From: a bacterium | GTDB taxonomy: Bacteria; Krumholzibacteriota; Krumholzibacteriia; LZORAL124-64-63 | Direction of reading: 5' to 3' | NCBI GenBank assembly: GCA_018829565.1 | Contig: JAHJTW010000142.1 | Location: forward strand, 1 to 51,207 | DNA: 51,207 nt | Part shown: piece after piece, positions 45,553 to 51,207 of the stretch | How the letters are laid out: each line of letters begins with the position of its first letter | Numbering within the stretch: the stretch's first letter is position 1 | Program-made: the position numbers and the translations under genes | Notes under the pieces: generated by a model | Database searches by the model: none | What the model was told of the DNA's origin: nothing | The model's input: only the letters and a program-made list of their open reading frames with translations

Positions 45553-46034
45553 TGCGCACCCTCTACTTCCTGCGCCACGGGCTGGCCGACCGCTCTCAGT
45601 ACACCGGCAAGGACGACGCCCTGCGTCCCCTCACCGCAAAGGGCCGGCTGCGGATGCAGACCACGGCCGCCACGCTGGCCCGGATGGGCTGGGAACCCGG
45701 ACTCATCCTCACGAGCCCCCTGGCCAGGGCCCGGCAGACGGCCGAGATCGTCGCCGAAGGTCTGGATCTGCAGAATCGGGTCAAGGTCGCCGAGGAGCTC
45801 GGCTGCGGGTTCGATTCCCGGGACCTGGCGGCCCTTTTATCCACCTACCGGGACACGGACGGCCTCGTCCTGGTCGGACACGAGCCGGACTTCAGCCTGG
45901 TCATCGCCAACCTCACCGGCGGTTCGGACATCGTCATGAAGAAGGGGGGACTGGCGAGGGTGGATCTCTTCGCGGAAGACCCTCCAGCCGGGCGTCTGGC
46001 CTGGCTGTTGCCTCCTCGTCTGCTGGCCCGGTGA
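45552..46034 (+). CDS. sixA: Phosphohistidine phosphatase SixA family
   Basis: LYFLRHG, RPLT, TSPLARARQTA, LVGHEPD; TGATG overlap with ppk1. Confidence 0.88.
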   Translation: MRTLYFLRHGLADRSQYTGKDDALRPLTAKGRLRMQTTAATLARMGWEPGLILTSPLARARQTAEIVAEGLDLQNRVKVAEELGCGFDSRDLAALLSTYRDTDGLVLVGHEPDFSLVIANLTGGSDIVMKKGGLARVDLFAEDPPAGRLAWLLPPRLLAR

Positions 46035-46052
46035 ACCGGGGCCGCTGCGGGC

Positions 46053-47249
46053 TCATTCTCCCTTGGAACCCTGCTCCAGGAGAGCCCGGAAACGCTCCTC
46101 GGAAACTCCCATGTGGGTGCCCACCCGCCGCGCAGTGCCGATCCAGGGATGATCGAGGGGCACGAGGTTCTTGACCCCGGCCACCTTGTCCAGAGGCACC
46201 GGCACCGCCCGGCCGCCCTGCAGGGCCACCATCACGCCGTAATGGCCGGCGGCCAGCAGCTCCGCGGCCTTGACCCCCAGCGTCGTGGCCAGCAGGCGGT
46301 CCGCGGCCGAGGGCACGCCCCCCCGCTGGACGTGGCCGAGCGAGGTGACCCGGGCCTCGGTGCGGGTCAGCACCTGGAGCTGCCTGGCCAGCCTGCTGGC
46401 CAGGGATTCCCGCACCAGCTTGTAGTCCCTGAACTCGGGGGAATCGGCGTCGGGATCGTTCGCCGTCTCCTGGGACTTGCCCTGGGCCTTCTTCTTGCGT
46501 CCGGATTCGGCCTCGGCCTCCTTCCGGGACTTCGCCCGCTCCGCCACCGCCACGATGGAGAACTTCTTCCCGAACCGCTTCTGGCGCTCGAGCATGAAAT
46601 CCCCGATGGCCTCCAGTTCGTAAGGGATCTCGGGGATGAGGACGATGTCCGCACCGCCCGCGATGCCCGCGCCCAGAGCCAGCCAGCCCGCGTCGTGCCC
46701 CATCGTCTCGACGATGATGATCCGGTCGTGGCTCGTGGCCGTGGTGTGCAGGCGGTCGATGGCCTGGGTGGCGATCTCCATGGCCGTGTCGAAACCGAAC
46801 GAGACGTCCGTCAGGGCCACGTCGTTGTCGATGGTCTTGGGCAGGGTCAGCACGTTCAGCCCCGCACGCTGCAGCTGCAGGGCGTTCTTCTGGGTGCCCC
46901 CGCCGCCCAGGCAGACCACGCAGTCGAACCCGTTGCTGCGGGCGTTCTCGACGGCAACCTGAGTCATGTCCAGGACCTTGCCCCCCATGGGCATCTTGTG
47001 GAGCTTGTCCCGGGCCGTGCCCAGGATGGTCCCCCCCAGGGTCATGACCCCGCTGACATCCCTGGACTCCAGCGGCCTGGTCCGGTTCTCCACGAGCCCC
47101 CGGAACCCGTCAAGGATGCCGACCACCCGGATGCCGTAATCCTGGATCGCCGCCTTGGTGATCCCCCGGATGGCCGCATTGAGTCCGGGACAATCCCCGC
47201 CGGCTGTGAGGATTCCGATGCACCTGGTCTTGCTGGGAAACTTGCCCAT
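46053..47249 (-). CDS. pfkA: 6-phosphofructokinase (PfkA family, atypical motif)
   Basis: ILTAGGDCPGLNAAI, GGTILGT, PKTIDND, ETMGHDAGW, LGHVQRGG. Confidence 0.92.
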   Translation of the reverse strand: MGKFPSKTRCIGILTAGGDCPGLNAAIRGITKAAIQDYGIRVVGILDGFRGLVENRTRPLESRDVSGVMTLGGTILGTARDKLHKMPMGGKVLDMTQVAVENARSNGFDCVVCLGGGGTQKNALQLQRAGLNVLTLPKTIDNDVALTDVSFGFDTAMEIATQAIDRLHTTATSHDRIIIVETMGHDAGWLALGAGIAGGADIVLIPEIPYELEAIGDFMLERQKRFGKKFSIVAVAERAKSRKEAEAESGRKKKAQGKSQETANDPDADSPEFRDYKLVRESLASRLARQLQVLTRTEARVTSLGHVQRGGVPSAADRLLATTLGVKAAELLAAGHYGVMVALQGGRAVPVPLDKVAGVKNLVPLDHPWIGTARRVGTHMGVSEERFRALLEQGSKGE

Positions 47250-47409
47250 GGACGCTCACCGCTTTCTGATCATGGAACGCTCGCTGGAGGATACCCAGTG
47301 GAGGACCTCCAGGCAAACGCTGATTCGGAATTGTTGAGATAATTTAATTTTTGAATTATGATATATTCCCATAAGGGTCATTCCACTTTGTATTCCACGC
47401 GGGATCGCC

Positions 47410-48948
47410 ATGTTCCCAGGAACCGCTTACTGCACCACCAGGGCTGCCTCCGCCGAGAAGCTGCTGGCCGATCTGGGCCTGGCCTTTACCCTGGTCCCGG
47501 CCGAGGAACTCCGGTTCCGGGTGCTCTTCAGCGACACCTTCGACTGGGCGCTCCACCGGGCGGGCTGGGCGCTGGAAATCCAGGGCTCCGGTTACCGGCT
47601 CCTGGACCGTGTCGGGGGAAAGGTGATCGCCGCGGCCGTGGAATCCTCGGCCCATGCTCCCCGCTTCGCCTGGGAGTTCGCCGATCCCCGCCTGAGATCC
47701 CTCCTGGAACCCCGCCTGAAGCTCCGCGCCCTGGTCGGCATCCTGACCGTCGCCGGCCGTGGCCGCCGGTTCACCCTCCGCAACCGGCACGGCGAGCTGG
47801 TCGGCCGCTGCGACCTGACCACGCTGCAGCTTGAACGGGGGGAGCGTGACGAACCCTTCCTGGTGGTCTGTTCCTTCGGCACCCTTCCCGCCGATTCGCC
47901 TTTGGCGATCCAGGCCGCCCGCCTCTGCCGGGAATCCGGCTGGGAAGAGGCCCCACCTGTGGTCCTGGACCGGGCCCTCGGCCGGGCGCGCATCGTCCCG
48001 GGGGCCTATTCCAGCAAGATGGCCGTGTCCCTCGATCCCGCATTGTCCACCAGGGAGGCGGCCCGGAGGATCGCCCGGAACCTTACAGGCGTCATGAGGG
48101 CCAACCTGCCCGGCATCCGCAAGGACGTCGACACCGAGTTCCTGCACGACTTCCGCGTGGCGGTGCGCCGGACCCGGTCCCTCCTGAAGCTCCTGGACGC
48201 CGTGATTCCCGACGGGGTCCTGGAGGAGTTCGTCCCGGTGTTCCGGAACATCGGCCGGGCCACCGGACCCTTGCGGGACCTGGACGTGTACCTGCTGAAG
48301 AGGGGTGAATACGGCGCGCTCGTGCCCCCGGTCCTGCACCCCGGCCTCGAGGATTACTTCAGCGAACTCGGGGACCGGCGGCGGGAAGCCCTGACCCGCT
48401 TGACGGAATACCTGGACGGTCCGGAATTCCTGCAGGCGCTGGACCGCTGGGAAGCGTTCCTGAGCCTCGACCCCGCCGCCTGGCCGGGCGGCGCCGATCT
48501 GGCCGATCCCCCCGTCGGGCTGACCGCCCGCCGGGAGATCGAGCGGCTGTACCGCCAGGTCCTGAGGCGGGGAAAACGGGTGACCCGGGAAGGCAAGGAC
48601 CGCAGCTTCCACCGGCTGCGCATCCGCTGCAAGGAATTGCGTTACGCCCTGGAATTCTTCGCCTCCCTGTTTCCCGGGACCCAGCACGGCCAGGTGGTCC
48701 GTCGCCTGAAGACCCTGCAGGACGATCTCGGGGAGTTCAACGATCTCTGCGTCCAGATGGCGCACCTGGAGGCCCTGCTCGAAGGGAAGGCCGACCGCCC
48801 CATCCCCGGCAGGGAAGCGGCGACGCTCGGAGCCCTCATCCTGCAGATGCACCAGCGCAAGCAGGCCGTGGGCGAACGATTCGCCGGGACGTTCGCCGGA
48901 TTCTCCCGGGGAAAGAACCGGCGCATGATCAAGGCCATGCTGGCCTGA
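47410..48948 (+). CDS. CHAD-domain protein with degenerate CYTH-like N-terminus
   Basis: DTEFLHDFRVAVRRTRS, RDLDV, FHRLRIRCKELRYALEFF, LQDDLGEFND; N-terminal DTFDWAL. Confidence 0.88.
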   Translation: MFPGTAYCTTRAASAEKLLADLGLAFTLVPAEELRFRVLFSDTFDWALHRAGWALEIQGSGYRLLDRVGGKVIAAAVESSAHAPRFAWEFADPRLRSLLEPRLKLRALVGILTVAGRGRRFTLRNRHGELVGRCDLTTLQLERGERDEPFLVVCSFGTLPADSPLAIQAARLCRESGWEEAPPVVLDRALGRARIVPGAYSSKMAVSLDPALSTREAARRIARNLTGVMRANLPGIRKDVDTEFLHDFRVAVRRTRSLLKLLDAVIPDGVLEEFVPVFRNIGRATGPLRDLDVYLLKRGEYGALVPPVLHPGLEDYFSELGDRRREALTRLTEYLDGPEFLQALDRWEAFLSLDPAAWPGGADLADPPVGLTARREIERLYRQVLRRGKRVTREGKDRSFHRLRIRCKELRYALEFFASLFPGTQHGQVVRRLKTLQDDLGEFNDLCVQMAHLEALLEGKADRPIPGREAATLGALILQMHQRKQAVGERFAGTFAGFSRGKNRRMIKAMLA

Positions 48949-49054
48949 ACCCGACCCGATCGCCGGCCCGCAGGGATCGCGGGATTGACAGGGTGGGGCC
49001 AAGGACCAAAGATCGGCTCGCAAACACCTGCCGACCCGGAACCAAGGAGCCGCA

Positions 49055-49660
49055 ATGCCGCCGCAAATCCTCGAGGGATTCGACGTCAAGGAACTCGACG
49101 AGCTCGGCAACCCGGTGTTCGCCGTCGATGGAGACCTCACCATGGTCTACGCCAATCCCGCCTACTTCGACTTCGCCAGGGACAACGGCGGCGGCTCCGA
49201 CTTCGCCGATCGCTGGGGGATCGGGTGCAACATCCTGGAGGCCATGCCCGCCAATCTGGAATCCTACTTCCGGAAGATGTTCTCGCTGTGCCTGGAGCAG
49301 AAGGCGCCCTGGGATCACCAGTTCGAATGCTCCAGCCCCGAGCGCTTCCGCCTGTTCAACCAACGGGTCTATCCATTGGGCGAAAGGTCCGGGCTGGTCG
49401 TGCTGAATTCCCTGGTGACCGAGGTGCGCCACGATCCGGCGGCCCGGCCGCCCCAGACGGCCGATCCGGCCGTCTATTGCGACGATCGCGGCCTCGTGCA
49501 CCAGTGCGTCCAGTGCCGGCGCATCCTGCGCCAGGGGGAGGCCCACGAGTGGGATTGGGTACCTGCCTGGGTCGCCACGCCCCCGCCCGAAGTCACGCAC
49601 GGATTCTGCCCGGTGTGCCTGGACTTCTACTATCCCCGGGACGAGGCCGATCAGGATTGA
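49055..49660 (+). CDS. PAS-like domain protein with C-terminal CxxC...HGxCPxC metal-binding module
   Basis: VFAVDGDLTMVYANPAYFDFA PAS-like start; CVQCRRI...W...THGFCPVC; AAGGAG RBS. Confidence 0.7.
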   Translation: MPPQILEGFDVKELDELGNPVFAVDGDLTMVYANPAYFDFARDNGGGSDFADRWGIGCNILEAMPANLESYFRKMFSLCLEQKAPWDHQFECSSPERFRLFNQRVYPLGERSGLVVLNSLVTEVRHDPAARPPQTADPAVYCDDRGLVHQCVQCRRILRQGEAHEWDWVPAWVATPPPEVTHGFCPVCLDFYYPRDEADQD

Positions 49661-49673
49661 GCGCTCCTGGTGA

Positions 49674-50249
49674 TCAGCCTCTGGCCGGCCTGCGCGACCT
49701 CAGGATCCCCGCCAGGGCGCGACTGGCCGGGAAGGCGAAGGATTCCTCCGGAGCGAAGGACCAGAATTCCTCCAGCTCGAGGGTGCCGCTTGCCCGTTCG
49801 TAGGCGAGGGCCTGGACCAGGAGGTCGAGGCGGTCGGCGTCACGGACCAGGCGCGCCTCGGGCGTCTCCTGCGACTCGAACGTGTCCCAGGTCGATCGCC
49901 AGGATGCCGCGACCCGGGTTTCCCCCAGCAACTCGGACATGGCGGCGGATTCGGCGGTCGCCTTGGCTCCCTTCGGCAACAGGCGGGAGGCCCCCAGGGA
50001 CAGATCGCCCGTGACGCTTTCGGGCAGGTCGTGGGTGATGGCCATGGTCAGGGCGGTCGCGCGGTCCAGGTCCGGCTCATCCACCAGATCCAGCAGGGCC
50101 AGGGTGATCAACGCCACGCCGTGGCAGTGATCGGCGACGCTTTCTGGGGCAGGCACGCCGCGCTGGGCCCAGCCGGTCCGCGGGGTGGTCTTCAGGCGGT
50201 TGGCGCGGATCAGCAGGTCGGTCATGGTGTCGGAGGTGCTCGGGGTCAT
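49674..50249 (-). CDS. HD-domain phosphohydrolase (YfbR/HDDC2-like)
   Basis: LKTTPRTGW...ESVADH...HDLPESVTGD...DADRLD. Confidence 0.88.
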   Translation of the reverse strand: MTPSTSDTMTDLLIRANRLKTTPRTGWAQRGVPAPESVADHCHGVALITLALLDLVDEPDLDRATALTMAITHDLPESVTGDLSLGASRLLPKGAKATAESAAMSELLGETRVAASWRSTWDTFESQETPEARLVRDADRLDLLVQALAYERASGTLELEEFWSFAPEESFAFPASRALAGILRSRRPARG

Positions 50250-50510
50250 CGTTCCGCTCCCGGAAAATCATCGACGTTCAATTGCCTGGCTCTCTCCGTC
50301 CAGGATGAATCCGCACTCCAGGCCGGATCCGGCCGCAACATACCACGGGGCGTCCCCGGGTTCACCATGTGGATCCCCGCCGCCGGCCGGTCCTTCCTGG
50401 CAGGCATCCTGGACTCATGGTATCCCCTGGACCTTTCCCGCCGCCCCCGTCCGTGGTAATCTTGCCCGTCTGCAGATCCGAATCTCCCACCCCAGCCAGG
50501 AGACGATCCC

Positions 50511-51207
50511 GTGCGCGTGATCCTACCCTTCCTCATGTGCCTCAGCTACGCCTGTGCGGTCTTCACCCCCGGCGTCCTGGTCGCCGACCCGTCCCTGCCC
50601 CCCGGCGAGTCCCCGCCGCCCACGCCCGTCACCCGCCTGGCCGACGCCGGGACCGCGGACGACCACGGCGGCGCCGACCTGGTGGTGGTTCTGGACAAGG
50701 CGGTGAACAAGGTCAAGCCCAGCGGGGTGACCTACGTGGACGCCTACCGTCTGGTCAAGATCCTGACCCCGGCCGGCTGCCGGGACAACGGGGTGCTCAA
50801 GTGGCATTACGACCCCCAGAGCAGCCACGTGGAAATCCGCAAGGTCTCGATCATCCGCGACGGGGAGTACATTCCCGTGGACGTCGCGGGCATCCACGAC
50901 CTGCCGGCCCCCCAGGCGGCGATCTACTGGCGCGACCGCATCAAGACCCTGCAGCTGCCGCGGCTGCAGGTCGGCGACGGCATCGAGGTCATCAGCTTCC
51001 GCAAGGGATTCACCTACGCGCTGCTTGCCGAAGGCGGACCGGGAGGGGCCGCCGGCGCGCAGCAGCAGGAGGCCTTCGAGGACACCGAGGAGGACGACTC
51101 CCGGTACATCCCGCCCATGCCCGGCGAGTACTTCGACATCGTCCTGTTCCAGGAAGAGGCTCCGATCATGGAGAAGCGCTACGTCCTGCGGCTGCCGCCC
51201 GACAAGC
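50511..51207 (+). CDS. Secreted DUF3857/transglutaminase-like protein, N-terminal part (runs off the window)
   Basis: Not in the ORF track; AGGAG RBS + GTG; open to the window end: VRVILPFLMCLSYACAV...VKILTPAG...KTLQLPRLQVGDGIEV. Confidence 0.65.
   Translation, partial: MRVILPFLMCLSYACAVFTPGVLVADPSLPPGESPPPTPVTRLADAGTADDHGGADLVVVLDKAVNKVKPSGVTYVDAYRLVKILTPAGCRDNGVLKWHYDPQSSHVEIRKVSIIRDGEYIPVDVAGIHDLPAPQAAIYWRDRIKTLQLPRLQVGDGIEVISFRKGFTYALLAEGGPGGAAGAQQQEAFEDTEEDDSRYIPPMPGEYFDIVLFQEEAPIMEKRYVLRLPPDK

Overview
High-GC bacterial chromosomal window with no mobile element, CRISPR array, rRNA or tRNA that I could recognise. The style of the secreted proteins suggests an FCB-group anaerobe such as Krumholzibacteriota/Latescibacterota (inference only). 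(1) 1-10925 (minus): a tightly coupled operon rex-hydC-hydB-hydA (NAD-linked, probably electron-bifurcating [FeFe]-hydrogenase), then a sensory [FeFe]-hydrogenase-like/histidine-kinase fusion, a stand-alone receiver, a receiver-kinase hybrid, and maturases hydG and hydF (truncated); two Rex-like boxes lie upstream. (2) 11244-27417: a secreted-protein block: BNR/VPS10 propeller, LolA-like protein, exported glucosidase-like protein, a 3+2 repeat GEVED protein, exported MEMO-like protein and HU. Two proteins end in FlgD-type CTDs and two share a short 'S(W/F)xxVKxLFR' terminus. (3) A dispersed beta-1,3-glucan utilisation set (two GH16, a GH149-like phosphorylase, GH1, a ROK repressor and an unknown secreted protein) linked by a 25-bp palindrome found three times, each overlapping a promoter. 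(4) ECF sigma/anti-sigma, LOV-PP2C phosphatase, glnA, and clpB with a sigma54-like promoter. (5) A polyphosphate cluster (ppk1, sixA, atypical pfkA, CHAD protein), a PAS/zinc-finger protein, an HD protein and a truncated DUF3857-like gene. All calls come from motif reading by eye; no searches were run.
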